Shown here piece by piece: positions 39,081 through 47,951 of a stretch of 58,645 nt of DNA (position 1 is the stretch's first letter; every line of letters begins with the position of its first letter). The notes beneath the pieces are model-generated. The model was not told the origin of the DNA. It worked only from the letters and a program-made list of their open reading frames with translations, and ran no database searches. The position numbers and the translations under genes are program-made. Source of the DNA: an uncultured Verrucomicrobiota bacterium. Its GTDB lineage: Bacteria > Verrucomicrobiota > Kiritimatiellia > PWTM01. The DNA is taken from the NCBI GenBank assembly GCA_964423465.1, contig CAYRFK010000004.1:1-58645 (forward strand), written 5' to 3'.

Positions 39081-39093
39081 CCGCCGCGTCGCG

Positions 39094-40464
39094 CTACACC
39101 CTCCACGGCTCCCGCGGCGATCGGTGGAGCATGCGGGTGGCGGTCTCGTCGCCGAGGATGCGTTCGGCGGCGGGGTCCCAGCGGACGGGGCGCTTGAGGC
39201 GGATGCAGATGTCGCTCAGGTGCGAGATGAGATCGTCGCCGACCGCGACGTCGATCGGACAGATCGTCGGGCGGCGCGAGCGCACGCAGTCGGCGAAGTT
39301 GGCGTAGTGGTTCGGGCTGTCGTAGAGCCGGCGGTCGTCGGCCTTCCATTGCATCCGGAGCCACGCGGGGTTGCTGGCGCAGAGGCCGCCGCGGTCGACG
39401 CTGACCCAGCCGCGGTCGCCGTGGAACGTCGTGCCGTGGCCCTCGAACTTGCGGTAGGCGGAGACCGTCGCCTTCGCCGCATCGGCGTCCATGAAGCGCA
39501 TCGTGACGCCGTCGGCGTAGCGGCAGCGGACGTCCCACGTCGCCAGCGTATCGAACAGGCCCTCGGCGGGAATGCCGCCGGTGCCCTCGTACTCGACCGG
39601 CACGCTGCGATCCTCGTCGTGGCCCCACTGCGCGATGTCGACCGGATGCACGCCCCAGCCGGCGATGAACCCGATGGCGTAGTCGTGGATGTGGTAGGCG
39701 CCCTGGTTCGAGCAGCGCACCTCCGTGTAGGGCGTCGCCGGCGCGGGACCGAGCCACATGTCGAAGTCGAGATCCGCCGGCGGGGGGACGACCTTCAGTT
39801 CGCGGTCATCTGCCGCGACGCGCCGGTTCAGCGCCCCGGGGCCGAGGGCCGGCGCCCAGACGTCCATGTGCTTCAGCGTGCCGATGACGCCGTTGCGCAC
39901 GAGTTCGCACGCGAGGCGGAAGTTCCGGCCGGAGCGCTGCTGCGTGCCGTACTGGAAGATCGAGCCGCGCTTGCGGATCTCGTCGCGCAGCGCCCAGTTC
40001 CACGTCATCGCGACGCTCAGCGGTTTCTCGATGTACGTGTCCTTGCCCGCGCGCACGGCGTGCAGGCCGACGGGCACATGCCAGTGGTCGGGCGTCGCGA
40101 TGACGACCGCATCGATGTCCGGCCGCGCCAACAGCTCGCGGAAGTCGCGGTGCGTGTCGCAACCCTTCCATCCGGCCTCGCCGGACCGGGCGGCATACCG
40201 GTCGTTCACCGTCTTCTGCGCCCGCTCGCGGCGGGAGGCGAAGCAGTCGCAGACCGCGACGGACTGCGCCCCCGCGACGCCGAGGAAGTTGTTGAGCAAT
40301 CCCGAGCCCTGGCCGCCGACGCCGATGTGGCCGATGGCGATGCGGTTCGAGGGCGCGGGCGTCGTCGCGTTGCCGAGGACGGACGACGGCACGATCATCG
40401 GCGCCACGGCGCCGAACGCGGCGCGGCGGAGAAAGGCACGGCGGGGGATGCGGTTCGTCTTCAT
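39094..40464 (-). CDS. Gfo/Idh/MocA-family oxidoreductase with Tat signal
   Basis: ATG 40464 gives MKTNRIPRRAFLRRAAFGAVAP. Rossmann motif IGHIGVGGQG. Contains ATPDHWH. 456 aa. ATGA overlap with the upstream gene. The track ORF start at 41010 is rejected. Confidence 0.85.
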   Translation of the reverse strand: MKTNRIPRRAFLRRAAFGAVAPMIVPSSVLGNATTPAPSNRIAIGHIGVGGQGSGLLNNFLGVAGAQSVAVCDCFASRRERAQKTVNDRYAARSGEAGWKGCDTHRDFRELLARPDIDAVVIATPDHWHVPVGLHAVRAGKDTYIEKPLSVAMTWNWALRDEIRKRGSIFQYGTQQRSGRNFRLACELVRNGVIGTLKHMDVWAPALGPGALNRRVAADDRELKVVPPPADLDFDMWLGPAPATPYTEVRCSNQGAYHIHDYAIGFIAGWGVHPVDIAQWGHDEDRSVPVEYEGTGGIPAEGLFDTLATWDVRCRYADGVTMRFMDADAAKATVSAYRKFEGHGTTFHGDRGWVSVDRGGLCASNPAWLRMQWKADDRRLYDSPNHYANFADCVRSRRPTICPIDVAVGDDLISHLSDICIRLKRPVRWDPAAERILGDETATRMLHRSPREPWRV

Positions 40465-42938
40465 TTGCGGGCCTCCGGGGTCGCGGCCGCCGCGGACGGC
40501 GGACCATGGATCTCCAGTTCGCGGATGGCCGGGGATTTCGTGTAGTACCCGGTGATTTTCAGTTCGACGGTCGTCGTCGTGACGGGGTCGAAGGGCACGA
40601 CGAGCACGTTGTCCTCGTAGACGGCATCGGCGACGGCGACCGCCGCCTTTCCGTCGCACAGCACCTCGAAATCCTTCGGCGCGTAGTTGTGGTGCGCCCA
40701 GCCCGTGATGCGGAGCGCCGACACCTGCGCGGGCTTCGGAAGCGTGACGCGGTAGCGGTAGAGCGGCTGGCCGTCGGTCTCGTCCCAGTAGGTCTTCGGA
40801 TCTCCGTCGATGCCGGCCGCGTCGCCGTCGGCATGACCGTCCTTCTCGAGACCGTCCGGGCTGTCCGCCGTCGCGCCGCGCGCGAGGTTGGGGCCGTACA
40901 CCACCTTGCTCATCGCCGCGACGGCGCGCAGGGCCAGCCCCTTCTCGCGCGGATCGGCGGCGCCCGCGGCGATGCGGCGCACATCCTCCAGCGGTGCCGA
41001 GTCGGGCCACCGGGCGAGGACGCGCAGGGCGGCGAGGCGGCTCTCCACGTCGTCGGCGCCGAGCGACTCGCGGAGCAGGGCGAGGGCTTCCGGGGACTTG
41101 GATAGATCGAGCAGGGCGATCAGGCCCGGACGTGTCTTCGCGTCCGCGCCGGGCAGGGCCTTGCGCACGGTGTCCAGCGGATCCGCCCCGGCTCGGAGGT
41201 GGATCTGGCGCACCGCCTCCAGCGCGGCGGCGGCAACAGCCGTGTTGGTGTCCGCAAGCCGCGGGAGCAGGGCGGGAACGTCCGCCGGGGCGCCCATGAG
41301 GCCGACGGCCTGCAGGAGCGGTACGGCGGCGCTGTCGCCGGCCTCCGCCTTCTTGAGCAGCAGCGGGGCGGGGCTCGACGCACGTGTCGCGCGCATCGCC
41401 AGCGCTTCGGCGACCTGCTTGGCGGCGGCCCCGCCTCGCGCCAGTTCGTCGACGAGGCGCGCGTCGATGTCCGGGCCGGTCAGCCGGCGCAGTGCATCGA
41501 CCACGGCGCGCCGCTCGTTGGCGTCGGCGCCCTCGAGGCGCCGGAGCAGGAGATCGACCGCCCCGGTGTCGTCCAGTTCGGCCGCGGCCGCGATGGCCTC
41601 GAGGCGAACGTACGGGTCTTCGTGGTCCAGCGCGCGGCGGACAGGCTCGCGGGCCTTGTCCGATCCGCTGCGGCCCAGCAGCACCAGCGCGCGCGACATC
41701 TGGCGGGGAGCCAGCGAACCGGCGCGCGCGGCCAGCAGGTCCACGTGGTCCTTCGGGCCGGAGGCCGCGATGGACCTCAGGGCGGCGTCCTGTCGCGCGG
41801 GGTCGCCGGACCCGAGATCCGCGGCGACGGCGTCGCGCTCAGCGGGCGCGGCCTTCGGTGCGGCGGGGGCGCGGAGGACCTTGCCGTGAATGCGGTCGAG
41901 GGCGCCGCGCGCTGCCGTGGCCGTTGCCGGATTCTTCGCCGCCGCATCAAGAGCGGGGAGTTGCTCGGGCGTGCCGACGAGGCCGAGCATGACGCACAGA
42001 AAGGCTTTCGCCTCGCCGGCGGAGTCCCCGGCGAGCGCCGCGGCCAGTCGCGACGCGAGGGCCTCGCGGTCCGCATCCTTCGTCGTCCGGGCCACGAGAT
42101 CCTCAAGGGCGAGCAGCGGGGCGCGGCTTGTGCCCAGCGTCCACGCGGCGACGCCGGGCAGCACGGCGTCGATCGTCGGCCGGGTCGTACGCGGCGCGAC
42201 GCTCACGGTTCCGGAGGCCGCCCACTCGGTGCCGCGCACGAGCAGGTCGATGCAGCCGGGATTCTCCAGCGCCGCGACGTCGTGTCCGAGCATCAGGATG
42301 AAGTTCCGGCCCCTGCCGAAGGTGTTGACCGCCGCGACGGGCTGCCAGGAGCCGTCGGCCGCCTGGCCCTCGGCAAGGACGGTCGCCTCCGCATCGAGCT
42401 TCGCGTCGATCCAGAGTTCGTCGCGCGTGCGGAACCCGTCCATGCCCTTTATCACAGGATGGGCGGCGGACGTGAGGCGGACCGGGAAGTCGTGCATGGG
42501 ACCGTGGCGTGTGACGCCCATCTTCCACGAGGCGCCGCCGATCATCTTCTGGTACTCGGGCCAGTCCATGAACGACGAGCCGCCGGCGTGGATGACAACG
42601 TGGCCCCTGCCGTTGCGGACGAAATCGAGGATCGCCGCCCGCGCGGCCGGGGGCCAGTCGGCGGCCTTCGCACCCTTGGCGGCGAACGCGTTCCAGTTGC
42701 CGATCAGAACGTCGTAGGTTGCCAGCGCCTCCGCGGTCAGCGTCTGCGGCGAGTCGGTGACATCGGCCGAGATGGCCCCGGATGCGGCGAGCGCGGCCTT
42801 CAGCGCGACCGAGGTTGTGCGCCAGTCGTGGTTGTTCTGCCCCGAGAGGATCAGGGCCCGCCGGGGCGCGGCGCACGCCGATGCGGCGAGGGCCGTTGTT
42901 ACCAGAAGCGCGATGAACCCGGTTCTCATGTTCGCCAT
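40461..42938 (-). CDS. Secreted ThuA-like domain / HEAT-repeat / F5-8 type C (discoidin) domain protein
   Basis: 825 aa with a signal peptide. The ThuA-like N-terminus contains ALILSGQNNHDW and HVVIHAGGSSF. The central Ala/Leu-rich HEAT-like repeats include DPYVRLEAIAAAAEL. The C-terminus contains GDPKTYWDE and ALRITGW...ELEIHG. Confidence 0.7.
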   Translation of the reverse strand: MANMRTGFIALLVTTALAASACAAPRRALILSGQNNHDWRTTSVALKAALAASGAISADVTDSPQTLTAEALATYDVLIGNWNAFAAKGAKAADWPPAARAAILDFVRNGRGHVVIHAGGSSFMDWPEYQKMIGGASWKMGVTRHGPMHDFPVRLTSAAHPVIKGMDGFRTRDELWIDAKLDAEATVLAEGQAADGSWQPVAAVNTFGRGRNFILMLGHDVAALENPGCIDLLVRGTEWAASGTVSVAPRTTRPTIDAVLPGVAAWTLGTSRAPLLALEDLVARTTKDADREALASRLAAALAGDSAGEAKAFLCVMLGLVGTPEQLPALDAAAKNPATATAARGALDRIHGKVLRAPAAPKAAPAERDAVAADLGSGDPARQDAALRSIAASGPKDHVDLLAARAGSLAPRQMSRALVLLGRSGSDKAREPVRRALDHEDPYVRLEAIAAAAELDDTGAVDLLLRRLEGADANERRAVVDALRRLTGPDIDARLVDELARGGAAAKQVAEALAMRATRASSPAPLLLKKAEAGDSAAVPLLQAVGLMGAPADVPALLPRLADTNTAVAAAALEAVRQIHLRAGADPLDTVRKALPGADAKTRPGLIALLDLSKSPEALALLRESLGADDVESRLAALRVLARWPDSAPLEDVRRIAAGAADPREKGLALRAVAAMSKVVYGPNLARGATADSPDGLEKDGHADGDAAGIDGDPKTYWDETDGQPLYRYRVTLPKPAQVSALRITGWAHHNYAPKDFEVLCDGKAAVAVADAVYEDNVLVVPFDPVTTTTVELKITGYYTKSPAIRELEIHGPPSAAAATPEARK

Positions 42939-43151
42939 CCTTCCACCCGTGGGCGCGATCGTCAGCGGGTCGTCCCGTCATGTCCGCGCATCATGCCCGA
43001 GGCTGTCTGCGGGGTCGTTCAGGAACTTCCAGTGGTAAATTCCGCACGACCCTGCCTGTGCGACCGTGTAGGGTCAAGCGTACACATCGGGTCCGGCGGG
43101 GTGCGGCCGCGCCGGGTCCGGCTTGAGGATCGGCCGCGGGGGAGAGTCGTC

Positions 43152-44000
43152 ATGGCCATCAAGGTCGGATGTTTCGCACTGGTCGATCCTTTCTCGGTCC
43201 TGGACCACCAGCTCGAGCGGATCAAGTCGTGGGGGTTCACGTGCGCGGATGTCACGGACAACTCCGACGGCGCGCAGTTGGGCGTCGAGTTCGGGTTCGC
43301 GGCGGTGGCGAGCCTCGACGCGAATCCGCACGACCTCAAGCGCATGTTCGACCGGCACGGGCTGGCGATCTCGTCCTACTGCGCCCATGCCAACCTGCTC
43401 GACCCCTCCGCGCCGTGGCGTTACGGCACGGCGCAGATCCTGAAGGCGGTCCGCGCCGCCGCGGCGATCGGGGTCCGGCACGTCATCACGACCGAGGGGG
43501 ATCCAAAGACCGAGTTCGGGCACAAGCTGACCGAGGCCGAGGCGCTTTTCAGCATCCGAGAGAAGCTGTACGAGCCGCTGCGCGCCGCGGCGGACCACGG
43601 CGTGAAGATCCTCCTCGAGCCGCACGGGCGCTACACCGACTCGATGGTGCACATGGAGAAAATCCTCGACCTGTGCGACTCGCCCGCGCTGGGCGTGAAC
43701 CTCGACACCGGCAACCTCTGGCTCGGCGGCGGCGACCCCGTGGAGATGGTCCGCAGGCTCGGCGCGAAGATCGAGCATGTGCACTGGAAGGACATGCCGG
43801 CGGACATGGAGGCGCAGCGCGGGAAGCTCTTCGGCTGCGGCATGGCGGTCATCCCGCTCGGGACGGGCGTCGTCGACATCCGCGGCGTGTTCGCCGAGCT
43901 TCAGCGCATCGGGTTCGACGGCTATACGACCCTCGAAATCGCGGGCGAGGAGAGCGTCAAAGCGAGTTACGCCTTTCTGAAGTCCCTCGGCGCCGGGTGA
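43152..44000 (+). CDS. Sugar phosphate isomerase/epimerase (xylose isomerase-like TIM barrel)
   Basis: ATG 43152 preceded by GGGGGAGAG; 282 aa. Contains KILLEPHG, VNLDTGN, HVHWKD and YTTLEI. Only the last 282 codons of track ORF 41199..44000 are used. Confidence 0.75.
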   Translation: MAIKVGCFALVDPFSVLDHQLERIKSWGFTCADVTDNSDGAQLGVEFGFAAVASLDANPHDLKRMFDRHGLAISSYCAHANLLDPSAPWRYGTAQILKAVRAAAAIGVRHVITTEGDPKTEFGHKLTEAEALFSIREKLYEPLRAAADHGVKILLEPHGRYTDSMVHMEKILDLCDSPALGVNLDTGNLWLGGGDPVEMVRRLGAKIEHVHWKDMPADMEAQRGKLFGCGMAVIPLGTGVVDIRGVFAELQRIGFDGYTTLEIAGEESVKASYAFLKSLGAG

Positions 44001-44012
44001 CGCATCCGGATT

Positions 44013-44055
44013 CCAATCCTTGGACGGCCAACGGCTTGCGGCTTCCAAGGGTTGG
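44013..44055 (+). terminator. Terminator-like hairpin after the isomerase gene (no U-tract)
   Basis: 12-bp stem CCAATCCTTGGA / TCCAAGGGTTGG (one G-U pair) with a 19-nt loop. Confidence 0.3.
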
Positions 44056-44128
44056 ACGCGCGGCGCAGGCGGATCCGGAAATCCGCATGGTCCTGTTGGG
44101 TTTTCCTGATTCTGGAGGATAGTAGTCC

Positions 44129-44671
44129 GTGGAGATCAAGCAGGACAACACTCCGACCGACGCGCTGCTCCGTCACGTCGTGGCCGAGGACTCGGTCGTT
44201 CGAGCCTACGTGTACTCGGTCACCCGCGGGCACCGGGAGACGGAGGACGTGATCCAAGAGGTCTGGCGCGTCGCGTGCGTCAAGATGCCGGAGTACGACG
44301 ACAGCCGTCCGTTCCGCCCGTGGATTCTGGGCATCACCCGCATGCAGCTTCTCAAGTGGCGCCAGTCGCAGGCTCGGTCGCGCGAGGTGCTGGCCCCGGA
44401 CGTGATCGAGATGCTGGCCGACACGGCCGAGACCTGCCGCGACGAACTCGACCTGCGTGGCCAGCACCTCCGCGAGTGCCTCCGCCGCATGCCTGCGAGC
44501 GGGCGGCGGATTCTTCACATGAAGTACTTCGAGGAGATGAAGATCGCGGAGATCGCGACGCGGATCCGCAAGAGCGTCGCCGCCGTGGAAATGGCGCTCG
44601 TCAGGTTGCGGCGCATGTTGCGCACCTGCGTGGACGGCGAACTCAAGGTCGCAGCGGGGACCGGCGCATGA
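44129..44671 (+). CDS. ECF-type RNA polymerase sigma factor (sigma-70 regions 2 and 4)
   Basis: GTG 44129 with GGAGGA 9 nt upstream; 180 aa. Region 2 DVIQEVWRVA...FRPWILGITR. Region 4 MKIAEIATRIRKSVAAVEMALVRLRRML. Confidence 0.85.
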   Translation: MEIKQDNTPTDALLRHVVAEDSVVRAYVYSVTRGHRETEDVIQEVWRVACVKMPEYDDSRPFRPWILGITRMQLLKWRQSQARSREVLAPDVIEMLADTAETCRDELDLRGQHLRECLRRMPASGRRILHMKYFEEMKIAEIATRIRKSVAAVEMALVRLRRMLRTCVDGELKVAAGTGA

Positions 44672-45948
44672 AGACCGGCATCCATGCCCCGATGCAGGCC
44701 TACCTCGACGGCACGGCGTCCCCGGAGACCTTGGCCGAACTCGAGGAGGCCCTGCGCCGCGATCCCGGACTGCGAAAGGAACTTCTCGTTCTTTCCGGGT
44801 TCGATGCCGAGCTGCCCGCGGCGTTGCGGGAGCTGGAGCGTGACGCTGCGACCTCACGCGCGCCGCCCTCCGCGTCGGGCGCGTCTGAAACTCCAACGGG
44901 GTCGTCGACCCCGCCGGTGCCGATCGGCCGGCCCCGCCGGTCGATGAAGTGGATCCTGTGGCCTGCCGCGGCCGCGGCAGCCGCTGCCATCGCGGTGCGG
45001 GTCCTCCTGCCCGACACGAAACCGGAGGAGAAGGGGATGGCAAAGGCGGACTCCCCCCGCGTGGCGGCCGTCCGCGCGCCGGACGACGCCGGGAAGCCGG
45101 CACCTCCCGCGCCGCCTGTCGCGGCGGCGAACCGGCTGCGTGTCCGCGCGACGCCCGCCGGATCGGGGATCGGGGAGTTGGAGAAGGCTGCGGCCACACC
45201 GATGGCCATGTCGGCAGACGAGCCGCCTCGCGTTGCGCCGATGCGCATGCGAGCCATGGGTACGCGCCTTGAGCTTGATGAATCCGCGGCGCCGCCCGTC
45301 GCGGCTCCGGTGGCGATGGCGTTGGCCGAAGGACCGGTCGCGGCCGCCGCCACGCCGCCCGTGGCCATGCGTGCGATGATGGCCTCCGCACCGCCTGCGG
45401 AATCCGTGGAGGGCCGGCTCACTTCGGTCACCGGTTCCGTGCATGTTGTCCGCAAGGGCGATTCTGTCGTCCGCCAGCCCGCCGAGCCCGGCATGGCGGT
45501 GAAGTCCGGCGATGTGATCACGACGGCTGCCGGCGCATCGGCGCTGTTCACGTACGCGGACGGATCGACGCTGCGGATCCACAAGGGCTCATGGGTGGCG
45601 GTGGAGCGCACGGGCGACGGCCCCGCGATCCGGCTGCGTGCGGGCGCGGTGGACGCGGTCCTCAAGAAGCAGTCGGACGGGCGGGCAATGCACGTCGACG
45701 GCCGCTTCCTCACCGCCGCAGCGAGCGGCCCCGAGTTCCGTCTGGTGGTGGACGCCCAATCCGCATGGATGGGCGTGCGCGCCGGCCCCGTCGAGGTCAC
45801 CCGCACGGCCGATGGAAAGAAGATCGCCCTCGGCGACGGCAACTACTCGGCCGTATGCCCCGACTGGCCGTTCATGAAGATGTTCTGCCGGGCTTGTCCC
45901 AGGTGGCAGTCCGTCTGCAGTCAGGCCACCGGGTCGCCCTACCCGTAG
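44668..45948 (+). CDS. Anti-sigma factor, FecR-domain, single-pass membrane protein
   Basis: ATGA overlap with the sigma gene; 426 aa. Transmembrane segment WILWPAAAAAAAAIAVRVLL. FecR-like GSVHVVRKGDSVVRQPAEPGMAVKSGDVITTAAGASALFTYADGSTLRI. Confidence 0.75.
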   Translation: MKTGIHAPMQAYLDGTASPETLAELEEALRRDPGLRKELLVLSGFDAELPAALRELERDAATSRAPPSASGASETPTGSSTPPVPIGRPRRSMKWILWPAAAAAAAAIAVRVLLPDTKPEEKGMAKADSPRVAAVRAPDDAGKPAPPAPPVAAANRLRVRATPAGSGIGELEKAAATPMAMSADEPPRVAPMRMRAMGTRLELDESAAPPVAAPVAMALAEGPVAAAATPPVAMRAMMASAPPAESVEGRLTSVTGSVHVVRKGDSVVRQPAEPGMAVKSGDVITTAAGASALFTYADGSTLRIHKGSWVAVERTGDGPAIRLRAGAVDAVLKKQSDGRAMHVDGRFLTAAASGPEFRLVVDAQSAWMGVRAGPVEVTRTADGKKIALGDGNYSAVCPDWPFMKMFCRACPRWQSVCSQATGSPYP

Positions 45949-45950
45949 AC

Positions 45951-47450
45951 CTATTTCGCCTCTGTCGCCGGCTCCGGCAGCACCTCGCCGCCGGGGATCT
46001 TGAAGGCGAACGCGTGGCGGCAGGGGGCCTGGTCGGGGCCGAGGTCGGGCATCGTGACGGTCAGCGTGGTGCCGTCGACTGTGGAGGCAAGATCCCCCGC
46101 GAGACCGAGCATCGTGACCTTGGCGCCGGCCGGGACCTTCACGTCCCGCAGCACAAGCGTCTTCCCCGGCCAGCCGGGCGTGATGGCGTAGAGGGCGTCG
46201 GGTTTCTTCGTGAAGAATGCCTGCTTGACCGCCTTGCCGTCCTTCGGCGCCTGGCCGACCTGATCCATCAGCTTGTACTCAACCATGTACTCGCCGAATT
46301 TCTGGCCGGGGCGCGTGCCCTCGCTCCACTGGGCGTCGCGGCCGGCGTAGCGCGTGCCGTAGATGGCCTCGCCGTTGACTGCGAGCCATTCGCCCATCTC
46401 GAGCAGACGCTGCTCCATGACCGGCGGGATCGTGCCGTCGGCCGCGGGGCCGATGTCGAGCAGCAGGTTGCCGCCGCGGCTGACGAGGTCGACAAGCACG
46501 AGGATGAACTCGCGCGACGTCTTGTAGTCGTCGATGCGCTCGGCGCGATTGATGCCGTAGGAATGCGCCATGCCGCGGCTTTCCTCCCACGGATGGGTCG
46601 CATCCTTCATCCCGGCCGCGTACTCGGTCGTGTAGTAGCCGCCGTGCTTGTGGCGGCAGTCCTTGCCCCAGCGGTCGTTGATGACGACCTGGTTGCGGCA
46701 GGGGGCCTCGTTGAAGAGCCATGCGAGGAGCTCCTCGCTCTTCCAGTCCTTCGAAGGAATGTCCCACTCGCCGTCGGCGAAGATGATCGCCGGGTTGTAA
46801 CGCGTGACGACGTCCTTGAACTGCGGGTGGAAATGCTCGTCGACGTACTTCGCGCGGTCCGAGAGCCACAGCGGGTTGAACCATTCGTACAGCGAGTAGT
46901 AGAAGCCGAACTTCACGCCGCGCTTCTCCACGGCGGCTTTCATCTCGGCCATCAGATCCCGTTTCGGTCCGGCCTCGACCGCGTTCCAGGGGCGGCCCCA
47001 CGTGCGGCTCGCCTCGGCGCTCGGCCAGAGGCAGAAACCCTCATGATGCTTCGAGGTGGGGACGATGTACTTGGCGCCGGACCGGGCGAAGATGTCGGCC
47101 CACTGGTCGGCGTCGAACAGTTCCGCGCGGAACATCGGGGCGAAATCCTTGTAGTCGAACTCGGCGCCGTAGTTTTTCTGGTGGAACTGCCACCACGGGT
47201 TGTCCGGTTTCTTGTCGGCCATGCGCTGCCAGTACCACTCGGCGTACTGTTTCGGCGCGCCCCAGCCGGGGACGGAGTAGACACCCCAGTGGATGAAGAC
47301 GCCGAACTTCGCGTCGAGGAACCACTCCGGCGTCGGACGGGTGTCGAGCGACTCCCACGTCGGCTCGTAGCGCTTCGAAGCCGCCGGCCCGGTCGTCGCC
47401 GCGGCCACTGCCCCGGCCAGACTCGCGATCACCGTTGTCCACCACTTCAT
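45951..47450 (-). CDS. Alpha-L-fucosidase (GH29), secreted
   Basis: ATG 47450 gives MKWWTTVIASLAGAVAAA (signal). Contains FGVFIHWGVYSVPGWG and YIVPTSKHHEGFCLW. 499 aa. Confidence 0.85.
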   Translation of the reverse strand: MKWWTTVIASLAGAVAAATTGPAASKRYEPTWESLDTRPTPEWFLDAKFGVFIHWGVYSVPGWGAPKQYAEWYWQRMADKKPDNPWWQFHQKNYGAEFDYKDFAPMFRAELFDADQWADIFARSGAKYIVPTSKHHEGFCLWPSAEASRTWGRPWNAVEAGPKRDLMAEMKAAVEKRGVKFGFYYSLYEWFNPLWLSDRAKYVDEHFHPQFKDVVTRYNPAIIFADGEWDIPSKDWKSEELLAWLFNEAPCRNQVVINDRWGKDCRHKHGGYYTTEYAAGMKDATHPWEESRGMAHSYGINRAERIDDYKTSREFILVLVDLVSRGGNLLLDIGPAADGTIPPVMEQRLLEMGEWLAVNGEAIYGTRYAGRDAQWSEGTRPGQKFGEYMVEYKLMDQVGQAPKDGKAVKQAFFTKKPDALYAITPGWPGKTLVLRDVKVPAGAKVTMLGLAGDLASTVDGTTLTVTMPDLGPDQAPCRHAFAFKIPGGEVLPEPATEAK

Positions 47451-47522
47451 GCGTGATCCCCTTATCATGTGCGGACCACCATAGCAGCGCGCCGCCCCGT
47501 CGGCGAGAGCGGCGGGGAGCGG

Positions 47523-47559
47523 CGAACGCCGAACATCGAACATCCAACGCCGAACATCG
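47523..47559 (+). repeat. Heptamer tandem array CGAACAT family (5 units)
   Basis: CGAACGC CGAACAT CGAACAT CCAACGC CGAACAT CG. By hand alignment it matches the reverse complement of 50963-51003 at about 35/37 positions. Confidence 0.75.
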
Positions 47560-47951
47560 TGGCAATGGGCCGAGCTACGCGAGGCCGGGGAGGGCGTTGC
47601 AGGACGCGTCGTTCGGGCTCGCGGTGGCCCGCCTCTCCAGTGCATGGAGGCGTGGACCAAGGCGGGCGTGGGTAGCGCCACGGCTACGACGTGGCGTGCC
47701 GGTGGGTTGGCAGAGGCCGCAGCGCCGCATGCCGGGCAACAAGGGTGTACGACAACGGGGCGTGGGACCTCCGCTCGGCGCTCTCCGCTTCGAGGAAGGC
47801 CGCGAGGAAGGCGGCGTGTACGAAGAGGCCGGCACCCGCCCCCCCAATCATCGGCCAAGCATCGGAGACCAGTGACGAACGTTGCTCCGCGGGTCTCCCA
47901 CACGACTCAACGGAACCGGAACGCCCCGGCGTTCCCCTCCACCTTCCTGCT

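Noticed and set aside
35838-39093. Calling the TA/URO-D/repeat segment a mobile genetic element
   Set aside because: No integrase, transposase, relaxase or flanking direct repeats are visible. It is reported only as a possible insertion, as a finding, and not annotated as a mobile_element feature.
41199-43151. N-terminal 650 codons of the 933-aa plus-strand ORF 41199-44000
   Set aside because: This part is antisense to the ThuA/HEAT/discoidin gene and looks like a high-GC artefact. A good RBS and ATG at 43152 start the recognisable TIM-barrel isomerase portion.
44104-44122. Similarity of CCTGATTCTGGAGGAT to the 5' end of tmRNA (GGGGCTGATTCTGGATTCGAC)
   Set aside because: Only about 11 nt match, and the GGGG acceptor start and the downstream tmRNA elements are missing. 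The GGAGGA is better explained as the RBS of the ECF sigma gene that starts at 44129.
47560-47951. Possible structured ncRNA (RNase P, SRP or 6S) in the long spacer upstream of the fucosidase gene
   Set aside because: I could not find the conserved RNase P (GAGGAAAGTCC) or SRP (GGAAG...AGCAG domain IV) motifs, only generic GC hairpins. There is not enough evidence for an RNA gene call.
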